Assembly (NCBI GenBank): GCA_051453625.1
Contig: JBOZIK010000001.1
Location: forward strand, 12,177,383 to 12,241,382
DNA from: Welwitschia mirabilis
Taxonomy: Eukaryota
Length of the DNA: 64,000 nt
Reading direction: 5' to 3'
Both the position numbers and the translations under genes were made by a program. The notes beneath the pieces were generated by a model that searched no databases, was not told the DNA's origin, and saw only the letters and a list, made by a program, of their open reading frames with translations. This document shows positions 13,107 to 26,800 of the stretch, in pieces; position 1 is the first letter of the stretch; the number at the start of each line of letters is the position of its first letter.

Positions 13107-14685
13107 CATGGGATTGTATAGATTTTATTACTTCTAAAAAATCAAAACCTATGTAATCATCATCTATCATGGAAGATGACCAAATGGCATATGGACATAT
13201 AGATATTTACATCTTGATGAGTTTAGTTTAAGTTATAGGTGAAAATATTTTATATCACCAAATTCATATTTTGTTTTGTTGTAGATCTACTACATGAGAT
13301 AGATTCATAATTCATATCTGATGACCTATTTGATAAATAAACAAGTTTTTATATACACATATTACGGTTGGATGTGAGATTAAGAGAACCTCTTTCCTTT
13401 GCAAAAAACTTCCTTTAACTATGTGATGGACCTATAAGGATAAATAGATCAAATAACAGAAATACACTGTAATGCATATATACAAAGAATCAGATTAAAG
13501 CTTATCATAATAATGTGTAAAGTATTTGTCAATATAAATTACTAGAATATAAATATATTATAATTTCATTTATTTAATTGACTTACCATCCTATTTTATT
13601 TATTTTATATTTTAGTATAATAAAACCTATTGCTTAATGGGAGAATGCAATTTGAAGCTATACCTTATTTACAGTATCATGACTAATGTACTTTGATAGT
13701 TTGAACTGGATTCATGAAGCTAGGTATGAGATATTCTTAATTAATATGTTTATCCTTTAAATTATATGAATAATTATAAGTTAACAAACTAGATAAGTCC
13801 AAGTTATAAAGGAAATGCATAATGTCAAAATCTCAACTTATTTTCCTAGCCATTTCCTCAAGTTCAAACTTATATTTTGAAAACTCAAATCCTAATGCAA
13901 AGTAAAGTCTTAGTTTAAAAAAAAGATACTAAAAAACATACATTTAATTTTTAATCTCTTAAATCCCAATAATTCATTTTAAAAATTGAATTAATAACTA
14001 AGATTTATTCTCTCATCTATAAGAACCAACCATAAACCATCATTATTTATGATATCTACCCATTTCACTACCAAGTCCTTACTACTCTAAGCTCATGCAT
14101 ACCTTGCCTAGTTACTTTCAAGAACTTTCAATAGTGCTACTATTAGATCCACTAGCCTTCCCATATTTTTATGCCTATAGTCAATGTCACTCCTCTTAAA
14201 TTTGATTCCTCTCAGTTCTATACCTTATTAAATCTTATTGATTCATGCTTATGAATTTCCATTAATGTAGATACACATTTTTATTTTATTTTTCTCTACT
14301 AAAGACATTATGCTATGTCGCCCAAAGATTTCATTGTGAAAGATGCATCTAGATAGTTCTTATAGTAGTATACTATTGTATATACTGAGAATATGATGAA
14401 TGAGGATGAGAAATAATCACAAGGAAGTAATTCATATGTTTATTTAGATCCAAAAGAGCCTTACCTATAAGGAGAAGAGGAACTTTACCTCAAAGGAAAG
14501 TAGAAACTCTCCCCCTAGGAGATCCTCTTCCATTTTATGTGTACTTTCTTCCATTCTCTCTCCCTTCTTTTTATATTCTTGTTCTCTACTTCATATTAAT
14601 ACTTCCTTCATGCTAAATTAGAGTAATATGTGTGTTTTTCTTTCTTTGTTATATGACTTTATGTAATATTTTCTAACATTATTTA

Positions 14686-14730
14686 GACATTGGGAATAAT
14701 GTGTAAATTTATTAGAGGAGGGTGGAATGA
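14686..14730 (+). other. Possible decayed PPT-type motif of another retroelement remnant
   Basis: GACATTGGGAATAATGTG...TTAGAGGAGGGTGGAATG resembles the conserved pre-PPT/PPT context of Athila-type elements; no partner LTR identified. Confidence 0.3.
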
Positions 14731-16339
14731 AAAGAACCATTGTCTAGAATTTTCTTGAAAATACATTGAATTGTGCATGAAATCATACATTTTCTTTACT
14801 TAAAAATTTTAGAAAATTAAAAGATTACAAAGGGAATGATATTTTTAAGATGAAAATCTATTTCCAAACTCATAAATTTATGACAAAAACTAAATTTTCT
14901 AATATCTGAAGTATATATGAATATTAACCAACGGCTTTAAGCTCATTTACATGATTTTAAATATAAATATGATATATGAAATTTTTAAATTTTTAAATCA
15001 CCTTTATAACATTTCATTATTTAAGATTTGCTAAGAAACTAGCCAATGACTAGTTGGGGTATGTATTTACAATTGAAGTTTTACATGTTTATCTTTTGAA
15101 CTGTAGTAAATTAATTTTCTTTATGGCTATAAATATCATATTTGTAATTAAATTATTATTAATTATGTTTCATCTATTAGTTTGTAAAATAACTTTTGGT
15201 ATTTTGGTTATAGATCATCCTGAGCTACTCAGAAACTTAATAGGTTAAAAGAACCATTACTGCCATTTAAACCATTGGCACTATCAACATTTTAAGGCCA
15301 ATTAGATCTTGTAAAAAATGGAGGAGTAAACAAATGATAATTTAATATATTAAATTTATATCCTAATGCTAAGGAGATCCATCATTACCCATATATTAGT
15401 AACAAAGGCATACCAATGAATATCTTTAACCCTAAAAAAGGATATAAAGGAAAATCTTTCATCCATATTTTAATTAATGTATCATCCACTTGGAAGTCTA
15501 CCATCATTGTAGCATTGTTCTTCATTCATTCATTATAACTCAACCATTTTAGATCTAAAGTTCCAATGGCTATAATAAGGAATTATCTCATTATGAGGTT
15601 GTAAATCTCTCTTCTCCTCCTTAAGTATGATGAAATGACTGAATCATGAGGCATTTTTCATGATATGCCCTGGATCTTAATCTATGTTGTCTTACATTCT
15701 CCACAATTTCACATCATTGGCGAATGCATTTTGATCTATGGTTGGACTTTTTAATCTTTCATTTTTTTTCAAATACTTTTCCATCTCTAATTTAATTAGG
15801 GTTAATCAAAATGTAATAGTACATTTTGAATGCTTTTTTATATTTCCTTCTTAAATCTATTTCTTTTATGCTTTGTTGGGGTTTAGATAGATATGTTAGT
15901 TTATGATATCTTTCATGCTATCTTAGTGTTTTTCACATTTCATTGTAAGATGTAACATTTCTAAAACTTATACTTTCATTACATTTAGAATCTGCAATGA
16001 ATAATTTATTGTCTATCTATGAATCTAAGTTGTACTTAGTGTAACATATCAGACTTTCCTATGGTTTTCTCAATAGATTATCTTATGAATAGTTTTTTCT
16101 TATTCATAGGAGGAGATATTTATTTTAGTGAATTTACTTTACACACTTTCTAAATCTCTTTTCTACTTAATATATTGTTGAAATCTTTCCTTAATTCTTG
16201 TAAGATTAAAAGTACCTTTATAGTTCTAATTAGAAAAAGATAACTAGAGTCAATTATACTACAATAAAATGCATTAATTCCTTTATTTAAAAATACTACT
16301 TATAACTTAATAGCTAGGATGAATATTCCACAAATCATA

Positions 16340-17745
16340 ATCTATTACAGATTTTAAAGTGTAGCAATCAACCACCATAATGTTAGCTTTCTTTTTCTGT
16401 ATAACATGTATATGGAACTATTATTCTAGCATCAAACATTTTTCTATCCTTTGATTTATTATTAACTTTCTAAGTTAAAAATGAATGTTATTAGGATCAC
16501 TATGCACATATATCTTAAACCCATAGATATAATGACAAAATTTCTTCAAAGATAAAACCATGATGACAAGATTTTTTAATGTGGTGTTATAGATGATTTT
16601 AATTTCTATTAATGTCTTACTTGTATAATAGATTTAATAAAAATGGTTATCGTCATCTTGCTATGTGAAAACTACCCCAAGCATGTAATTAGAAGTATAT
16701 TTTATAATATGAATGGTCTCCATCAATTAGGCCATTGTAAAACATGAGTAGGCCTTAAAATATATTCAATATCATATATGTCCTTGCACACTCCTCCTTC
16801 TAATAATTATCTCTAGTAAATTCTAGTAATATTTCATCTGTCCTTATGTAGTTCTCAATAAATCACTAGGAGGACAGTATATAATACAGGAATGATCTAA
16901 TTCCTTTTATGCTTATGTATATTTTTGGTAATTAATCAAAGCTTTAATTTTTTGATGGTCTATTTCAATTTAATCCTTATACACTTAATGTCCAAGCATA
17001 ATATCTTCTATCACCATGGTATGGCTCTTCATCTAATTTATCTTAAGATTAACCTCTATGAATTTATTTAATTGGTATTTCATGTTTTTCAAAGTGATGT
17101 TAAAGATCACATATATAGAACTCATACATAAATACCTTTATTGAGTTCATATCTTATACTAAATTATGACTAATACCAATTTCTATAAAATAGTGGGATT
17201 ACTATACAAACCAAAGGGACATTTAGTTGTATGTAGATTCTCCACATGGAAAACCTATCTTTGTTTTACTTTCATTTTTCTTCATATTGTAAATCAAATA
17301 TAGGTTTTGAAGTCGCCTAAGAAAATATAATATCTAAGTGAAAAATGATCCTTAAAATTGATTATTTTTTGAGCTTTATAGTCCACATACATTCATCACT
17401 AGCTTGTTTCTTTATAAGGTGTTGTAATAATAGAACTAATTCATTTGCTAGTATGAATCACATAAATAATATTTGTCATGAAAATCCATAATATTTTACC
17501 TCTAAAAATGTCCATCGACTTTAGAATCAATCTTTAATTAGTCCTCTTATAGGTTTAATATCTAGGTAGGTGTAGCTCCTGTAATAGAAATATGAGATGT
17601 CAAACCTTATCAAGTTCTCATATAATCATAAGTAATCCAATTTATTTTGCATTAACAATTTTTAAACATTCTCTGTTGTGTCCCTTATAAGTTTTAATTT
17701 ATGATGACTAGCTTGCCATCATTAAGGAAAAAGTATTACAAACCA
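16340..17745 (-). pseudogene. pol: RT and RNase H remnant of element C
   Basis: Hand translation gives MYVDYKA (RMCVDYRKL), PFGLYSNPTIL (MPFGL.NAPATF), and LGVVFT*QDDDNHFY*IYYTSKTL...YNTT...LSLKKFCHYIYGFKIYVHSD (gypsy RNase H). Confidence 0.8.
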
Positions 17746-17749
17746 CTAA

Positions 17750-19483
17750 TGTAAAGTGGTATAATAAAATCCCTTAGATTTAGTTTAAAAAGTGTTAAAC
17801 TAGAAATAGAACAACAGTATTGGAAGCAACTAATAAATAGAATTTCTATTAGTAAGAAATATTACATAGAATACAAGATTAATATTTACTCAAATATGAG
17901 CTTCTTAGAAACAATATTCCATCACAAGATTTCAACTCCAAATGAAAAACCCTTTGAACAACAGATGTAACTATGCACTTCTCCCTACAATTTCTAGGTC
18001 ATGAGGTAACCCGTTACAAACTTAATAGATCTAATCTAGGCCTATGTAAACATTCTAACTTAAAATTTAATGTTTACAAGGCTTGATTCTTTAAAATTAC
18101 CTAAAAATTCCTTAACTAATTTGGGCATGATGTTATCATTTTTCAGAGAAATTCAGAAAATACCTATAATTTTAAAGTTGAGAAAGAACTTGATATGTCA
18201 CAACTAGTTATGGTGAGAAATTCCACTATTTGACCCTTAAAATAGGTTCCACAAACTTATGTACATATAAAAGTAGATTTATATATGAAGCCCAAACTTT
18301 CTACTTGAAAAATACAACTTGAAATCTTATGAATCTAAACTAAAATATTAATAAATCTAGCCTCTAATGATTGTAATTAGTCATTTTATTCTTAGAAATA
18401 ATTTTCTTGCATAATCCTTTCCTACGTAAAGGTGGACTGCCACATGAGCAATATTATTGTATCTTGTCCAATTTGCAAATAATATTTTTCTTCATAGTAA
18501 ATACCAAGAAGAGCTCTTTCATATTGGTAGAACTAGTCTTCGAGAGATTTTTATGATATTTCTCTTTTCTTTAGAGTAGTTCTTCCACCTTCTCTTTCAA
18601 AATTACTTTTCCCTTTGAAGCGTAATCCACATCTCACTATTTTACATAAGAATTTGCATTGTGTATGGAAAATTTTTCATGGCTTCCTCTTCTTTCACCA
18701 ACCTCTTCTACAAATGGATTATTGTAGGTTAATTTATAACTATCTTTTCTACAAATTTAACACAACAAACAAGCCAACAGAATGCTATTGTAGTAGCTCT
18801 ATTACCAAAACATTATACAATCATACAATGAAAGGATCAGATCTAACTTAGGGAATGTAAAAACTAAAATACAATAATAATATTGGAAGAAATCAAAGAA
18901 TAAGATTCCTTTTAATAAATAATACATATAATACAAGCTTATAATATTTTCTTAAGCATGAACTCCTGGAAACACTCTTTCCTTACAAGATTTTATTTTT
19001 AAATGAGAAATCCTATTAGCATGAGATGCAACTGCCCGTTACTTCCTCCAATTTATAGGTTATGAAGAAGACTATTAAAAAGTTAGCAAATATAATTTAG
19101 AAATATTATAATATTCTAACTTTAAGACCTAACAATTATAAGATTCCATTTTTTAAAAAAAATACTAAAAATGCCTTTACCAATTTAAACATAACTTCAC
19201 CATTTCTTACTTAATTTTAGAAAATGTCTTATTATTTTGAAGATGAGTAAGAGTGTGATGTCTTATAATTAGTTGAATCATAAAATTCCATTATTTAATG
19301 CATAAAATACATCCCACAATCTTGGTTATACATAAACACAAATTCATATTTTAAGCTTAAATTTCTAGCATGAAAAATAAACTTGAGACATTACAAATTG
19401 AAACTTTTGAGCTTAATAAATATTAATCTCTAATGAATTTAATTATTTAATTTATTTTTCTAAAGGATGATCTTTCATCTACA
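17750..19483. mobile_element. Non-coding insert with two diverged LTR-like repeats (17750-18426 and 18723-19483); possible TRIM/LARD-like element
   Basis: The two repeats are collinear. Outer ends are TGTA...TACA and the second copy has TGTAG...CTACA termini. Flanks ACTAA and GCTAG differ by two G/A transitions (possible decayed TSD). It interrupts element C between protease and RT. Confidence 0.55.
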
Positions 19484-21000
19484 GCTAGGAACTAGTTTGA
19501 GCTCTATCATCATCTTTGGTATTAATTTCAACAATAGTAAGTGTCTTCATTGATTTACTTCTATGACATGTTTTTATCATATGTTCACTACATTTAAGTA
19601 AATAGTAATTAATTCCCTTACTGACGATCAATTTAGGTAATAAAAGATACCATCTACCCATTTTTCCATCCATAAAATACAAACATCAAGTACCCATAAT
19701 GTTGGAAAACTCTTTATCATGTTTAGTTCTTCCTAATCTGTCCCCTTAAAACTCCCTATAGCATAAAGCTTATAACTCTTTACATTTTTATGTGAGAATG
19801 ATAGTTTGATAAATAATACATCTTTGTGAGGATTTATCCCCTCACCCAACTCTATATATACCTTAAGATATCACTTATAAATCTTTATTTTTCCATCTGT
19901 AATGCTTATTTAAATCCTTTCTAAGAAAATTAGTTGTTATACCTCTAATTTTGTCATATCCAATACCTATAAATCAACTACATGTTTTCATCTACTTGTA
20001 GTGGTAATAGCATTACTGGTCTTATATCTAAAAGTGGAGCAAGATCTATCAACTAATAATAAGAGAATTATTGATTCTACAAATGGCCCCAACTAAAGTG
20101 TTTATACGATCTATAAGACGTGAGGTTTATCAAATATCCAAAATTACATAGTTCATTGACCATAGGTTATTCTTGGTCTTCACATCAATGATGGATTTTC
20201 CAAGATAACTTCTCTTTTGTGATAGATTACTTTGAATCATATTATTCACAATAGTCATCATGAATGTCTTTTTTATACAATGAAATAACCAAAAGTGAGG
20301 TTTTCTAAATCATTTTCCTTAAAGTCATGGGAACATAAGGATCCATTATCATTTCCTCAATGTTCCTCTTCTTCTAATTTCCTATCATAAAAAGGGTGTC
20401 TTATAGTTGCACAGAAATATTCATTAGCATTAGAGTAATTGCAATAATGGGGAAAAGGGCTTACTTGATCAATATCTTCAATTAATGATACATAAATTAT
20501 GTCAAATTGCTATTGAGTTTGCAGAGGTATCTTAAGTTGAATTCTTAGTTGTTCTTATGGAGGAGCCTACTAAGCACTTGAAGAAGTTTAATTACACAAG
20601 TATTGAGAAAGTTGTAGATACATATACACTTGGCTATTCAAAAGTTAGATCCTAAAAGGAACTAAATTAGATGTGGTTGAGGAAAATAGGGTTTTTAAGA
20701 TGGATATGATACTAATGCCTAAAATCTTAAATAATAGTATTGCTACACAACTTAATAACCACATGAGTCTTCAGATGGTAAAGGATAATGTGGAAAATAT
20801 AGTAATGAGGGGCACTATGATGGTAGTTGGCTCTCCTACTATCTATAAGTGCTAGCTAATATGGATTGGTAATCCAAGGATAATAAGGAGAGCAAAGGTA
20901 AGATACTCTTAAGCCTCCTTATTTCTTGCATATTTTAAGGTTAAGACCATGAGGTCTAAACCTGTTATATGATTAAAGTAAAAACTTAATTTTTAAAATA
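19484..21000 (-). pseudogene. gag/protease remnant of element C
   Basis: IRGITTNFL (from DSGATxNF), ITDGK and VDGIF protease-like motifs; lies between the PBS and RT. Confidence 0.4.
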
Positions 21001-21010
21001 AGGATATCAT

Positions 21011-21022
21011 GCTCTAATACTT
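21011..21022 (-). promoter_or_regulatory. Degenerate tRNA-iMet primer binding site of element C
   Basis: Minus strand AAGTATTAGAGC vs canonical TGGTATCAGAGC (3 mismatches), at the expected position. Confidence 0.4.
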
Positions 21023-23820
21023 CACAAAAATAAATGTGTACTTAAAATGATAATTCAACTTAAGTATAAAAACTTCAAATTGCATCATAAAGAAATCCCT
21101 TAGGTTGAATTGCAAATAGTGGAAGCACACGAGTGTTAAACTGATGGAACACTTGACATGAATCATATGGAAATATTACAATTTTCTTATCAAAATATCA
21201 CTTCATATGATAAAACAACTATTTCTCTTAAGTGATATATAACTAATTCAACACACATAACAAAATAATCATGAAAAATTACATGTGTAAAAGCATAATT
21301 TCACAATAAGTGAAAAGGGAAATATAATTAAATAAGAAGAAGTAATCTTTTATGAACATTCATAAGCTTCTAAAGGTTATTTATAATTTACATGAATAAG
21401 CAAAGGAGTTTAAACATCCAAATTTACCTAAGTCATTTCATATGTAAAAATAATCTTCCTTGAAAAGTTGACTTTTTAATTCATATTACATGGATGTAAG
21501 TAGATAATTCAGATGTCCTAATCCATTCTATGTAAAATTTACATCAATTTAAAATCAAAATATAACACTTGTACATCTAGATTTTTCAAATTAACTAGGC
21601 AAACCATTTGTAAAAATAAGATTGTCCCTAAATTGCAATACATTTGACTTGAAAGATAACTCTTTACTAAGCACAAAATGAATTATAAAAGCATTGAAAC
21701 ATCAAAATCGGAGTTTAAATCAATAGAAAATTAATAAAAACAAACATAAGAACATTCGTTAAATCAAAGTAATCCTAGTTAATTTCAAGTTGTTTTGACT
21801 AATAAAACGAGAACAAATGAAGAAAGAGAAAAGGGAGAGAGAGAATTTAGAGAAATAAACTTAAAAAAATTTCAAAACCCTCAAAATACCTAGAATATTC
21901 CATAAAACAAGTTTCTAAAACTAAATATTCAAAATTAAGTAGAATCGATTGCAACCGTGAAAAAAAAATAGTTTGTCTAGAAAAACTGTAAAAAATTTAT
22001 AGTCAATCCTATTTTGACAAAGAATATTTAGCAAAATATAAAACTTTAGAAAACTTGGATTTCATATTATAAATGTACTTAAAAACTACTATAAGAGAGA
22101 ATCTTGAGTTTCAGAAAACCCATTAAAAATGTCTAAGAAAATCACTATGAAAAATTAAAAAAATAAGATTTGATAGTTCAGAACTTTTTCAAAGTAAAAC
22201 TATAACTAAGAATGAAAATGATGAAACTAGGATTTTAGAGGCTAAATTTGGGTTCTTTCACTTTGATAACTAATGTTTCTAAATGATGAAAAGAATCTAC
22301 TAATAAACTTTTAGAACCATTGGAGCTGTAGAGAAAATGTTATGATCGAAACAAGCTCTAAAATTAACTATTTTACTTTGATTTTGAGAAAAGAGAAAGA
22401 AGAGAGAAGAATTATTGCAAGAAAGAATAATTTTAGTTTCATAAAATAATAAATAACATATTTTCAGACCATTCTACTACTATTGGAGAGGAGAGAATAT
22501 AAATTTACAATTAGTTACCTTAGAAGAAAAGTGAAATCATGAAAAATGTACTAGAAAATGATGGAGGGAAGAAGAGAGAATAAAACCAAAACACATGAAT
22601 TTTTTAAAAAAAATAATAACCAAATATGCTAAGAACTTAGATTTCTACAAAGGGTACTAATTGTTCTATTATCTAGTTAGTACTATTTATTCTACAAGCT
22701 ACAAAAGTCTAATTACATTAAAAGAAAATCATGAAAAACATGCATAAATCAAGTAATAATAAGCATGAAAAACATAGAGAAAATGAACAATTATTTTTTT
22801 AGAAGAATGCACCACCTTTTCCATTAGTCCTCCATCCAATTGCATACAAGATTTGATGCTTTCTCCTCCTCTTGTACTATTCGATCACATGCACTTCACC
22901 ACCCCTCTACTGCCCTATGGATGAATAGAAATGGGAGAAGAGATGATGTAAAATGGGGTATGAAAGGGTTTAGAAGGCTGAGAATGGTTTTGAATGATAG
23001 AAAAAGATGATAACAAGGAACATAGAAGGTTTCCAATGTTAACTTGAAAATGAAGAAAAATGAGAGCAAATGGATAGAAAATATCCTTCCAATGCTTTTA
23101 AATGGTAAATTTGGCATAAAAATGGATAATAACAAGATGATGATGGTATGGCCACTGATGGGTGTCTTCATAGGCATTCTAGAGTCAGTTACAGATTGAG
23201 GAATTGTAAAAACCACCGCTAATTTGCATGTGATTCATATCTCAATTTGTAAAACTATTACACCAATTTACTCTTAGAATAGGTGCTACAATGTCACAGG
23301 TAGTTTCATACATAACTACCAAAAATCCAAAAATAAAACCTAATTTAATTTTATCCTTTAAAACTTACAATACATGAATTTATCAATTTTGACTTGAGAA
23401 TGACTACAAATAAATAAATTATGGCTCCCAAAATGCAATTTTCCAAGGTACTAATGTTCTAAAAGGTTCTAATATTATCCAATGTCAGCATTTAGTATTA
23501 GATGAGTTAAAATTATTGCATCAGCAAGACGATGATATATGATGATGGAAAAGAATATGTGAATAATCTTTAGAGATTCTATATTGAAGTAGTCATTCGT
23601 GATCCACATTTTTACCCTCAATCTTAATCTCTTGATCACAAGCATTATAAAGATCCTTAAAATGGATCATAATGCATTATTTTAAGCTCAATGAATGCCC
23701 AATTTATGTATCCCCTGAAAAGTTCAAATACACCTTCAAATGTAGTATTAAAATCAAAAAGTAATGTAAAATATTGACTATTGATACCTTATTTTGTCTA
23801 AAATTTAGGCTTCACTATTT
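21023..23820 (-). repeat. Probable 5' LTR of element C (~2.8 kb, boundaries approximate)
   Basis: Non-coding with strong strand skew; 23437-23820 is homologous to 32337-32720, and the homology stops at the same point, marking a terminus. Confidence 0.55.
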
Positions 23821-26800
23821 GATGAGATTATTGCTAAAAAAACATCTTTCTAATTTATGTTAAAATCTTATAGAGCTTTATACACTCATAACCAAAAATA
23901 AGTTGCATAATTACATTCATAGAAAGTGCTCTAAAAAGTTTCATTTAAATTAGAAAAGGTGAAAACTACTAAACATTTCACTAGATGAAGTAGAGGAGAT
24001 CCTAATAGAAGCCTTTATTCAAGAGATATTATGGTAAACCTTTAACTTAGATAAGAATAGGTAATTTTCCATATGAAATTAAAGAGATACTTCTAATCTC
24101 TACTCTAAATTATCTACCTTTCATCAGTCACTACATCTAAGATGAAGAACATAAGAAGAACTAAATAAGTTAAAACCTTCTTAATTTTGAAAGATAATAA
24201 AAAATATCCATTAGATGATGGAACAAAATCCCATAAAGATTTTAATTATGAGTTATTAAAAGTTATACTCAAGAAATCCTTTAACTTGGAAAAATTAAAA
24301 TGCATTACCAAAGATAATCCATATAAAATTTTAAAATCTATCCGTTAAAATCAGTACCTTTAAAATAGATACAACTTAATGAAACAATGTCTCTAGAAAA
24401 TAGCCATGATGTAAACTTGGAAGATTAACATGTAAAAGGACCATTAATGAAAAAAGTCATCATGGATGAAGTTTTAAATTAGTGATGAAGAAACAATAAT
24501 GTTATATTAATTAATATATCAATAGATGGATTTTTAATGTTATTCAATTACTTTAAAAAACATGAATATGTTCTATTTTGATTTTGTGAGGATGATAATA
24601 CATTTTCAAGTAGGTCCATATTTTAGAAAAGATATAATTGACTTATTTAAAATTAATAAAGTAATAGGATCAAATTTATCAACAACATACATAATTCATT
24701 TTTTTCATAAAATTTAAGGCTTATTAAAACAATTTGTGAAATTCAAGCCATCCATTTTTTAGGAATATAATAAATATTTCAAGCTAATCTAGCAAATATC
24801 TTTAAGTATTAAGATATAACCATATATACTTCTTTAATTTACCTTTAGTATGTTATGAGCATATTTAGAAGGAGTATAACAATAAGAATAATAACTATGA
24901 TTAGAGACAAGAATAGATTTACATACCATAAATATACTAGTATTTGAAATTCATTTAGGTTTTCATTTATATATGTTTTTTAAAATATTCTATAAAATCC
25001 ACTTCTTAAGGTCTTTAAGAGATTTGAAAATGGAAAGGAAATTCCAAAAAGATCTTTGTTTATTTAATTATAGTCTAAAATCAAATAAAAATCCATTAAT
25101 AATTTTTAGATAAAGAAAAAAAATATTTTTCCTAGTTGATTTTTTATTCAACTAATATAAAATATTTGTCTATTTAATAAAGAAGGCAATAAAGGACTTC
25201 CTTGTTATTATTAATAATGAAAAACGACTCATCTACAAAATGCATATTAATAATTTATTTGTGATAATCTTGAATTGAAACCCCTATAACTAAGCATAAT
25301 TACTTATTAAAATGCGTAACATGACATAAAAATCTCTATAATAAGAATAAATAAGTAAGAAGTAAAAGCATAACCTTGTCAAATAGATTGCTCAATTATA
25401 AAGGTATTTGAAATATTGTGTTAATTATCCACATAAGCATTAACATTCCTAGATAAGTAGAAAAATAAATGAAAAAAATTATACTAAAACTTATCTTCTT
25501 GATGCTTTGGAAAATAGAAATAAACTACATTTTTTTATATTATGGTGGATAACCTAATTTAATAAAAAAAATATCATAAAATCTTAACTCAAATATTTTT
25601 GTCATTACATTTATTGTCATGTAGCAATTCCATTACCAACATTATGTCTACCTTTAATAAAATAAATTTATCTTCATAAATGATAGCTAAAAAAAATAGA
25701 TTTTAATCTATTAGCTAAATATTTGGCTAAACATTTATAGGAAATACTAAGAAATTTGATTAGAATCTAATTAGTAATAAAGTAGGTATCTTTATATTTT
25801 AAAATAAGTTCAATAACTCCATTATTAACATAAAAGCCCAAAAAACCTTTATGAATTACCTCCTAAATCATCTTTGAACAATGTTATCCTATGATGTCCT
25901 AAAGAGTTTTATAACATTTGGCTAAAAAATCATCAGATCCTAAGGCATTTCAATGAGATAGACTAAAACATGCCTCTTTTATTTCCTTAAAAGTGATATA
26001 TCTTTTTAAAAATAGAGTGGTAAAATAAAGAGATTTTTTAGAAAATGAAAGTGGCATTATGATGATAAATATAGTGGTGTTAAAAACCTATACCTTAAAA
26101 ATAGGTACAAAATAATATTCTACATAATTCAAAGTATGATTTACCTTAGTAATTAAGGTATTATTAATAAGCTCCTACAAGAGGTATTCATGGTCACCTA
26201 TCTTAGATTTTAAGAATTTTAAAAACTATTTACACTATCGTTTTATATTATTAGGTTAATTTACTCTTAATGAAATATATAGAACCATTTTAAACATTCT
26301 AGAGTAGAAGTGCCTTTTTAAATTGAATCATAAAGTTTGAGTCTGAACTTCATATGATCCTACTAAATTTGATGCAATAAAGAATTAACTAGATAAGAAA
26401 TATGTTGTTGTTCACAATTGCAACATGATCCAATCATTTTTTTGAAATGAAGAGTAAAATTCCTAATTCTATATGTAGCATGATGCCATCAAGCAATCCA
26501 ACTAAAAGAGTGAGAAAGATCACGCTCTACATTCCATAAACTCTTAATCCATCCTTTTTCTTATTTTCAAATAAATGCTTAATAATATAATCAAAAAAAG
26601 AATTGATTTTTGAAATGATCATTGTTATGAAATACAGTATCTAAGAAGATTACAAAATGATCAAATAAAATTACATCAATTAAAACTCTATAAGTGAAAA
26701 ACCAAAATAAATATTTGAAATACAAATATGATCTAACCTCCTTAGGATGCAAGTAGACAAATAGACTTATAATTAATCTAAGTAAAGGTTAACTAAGTAG

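Larger units (their letters stand above)
15270..23820 (-). mobile_element. Element C: heavily decayed Ty3/gypsy remnant (LTR-PBS-gag/protease-RT-RNaseH), 3' truncated
   Basis: On the minus strand: LTR-like region, iMet-type PBS remnant, protease-like motif, then RT and RNase H motifs in canonical order once the 17750-19483 insert is removed. Confidence 0.6.
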
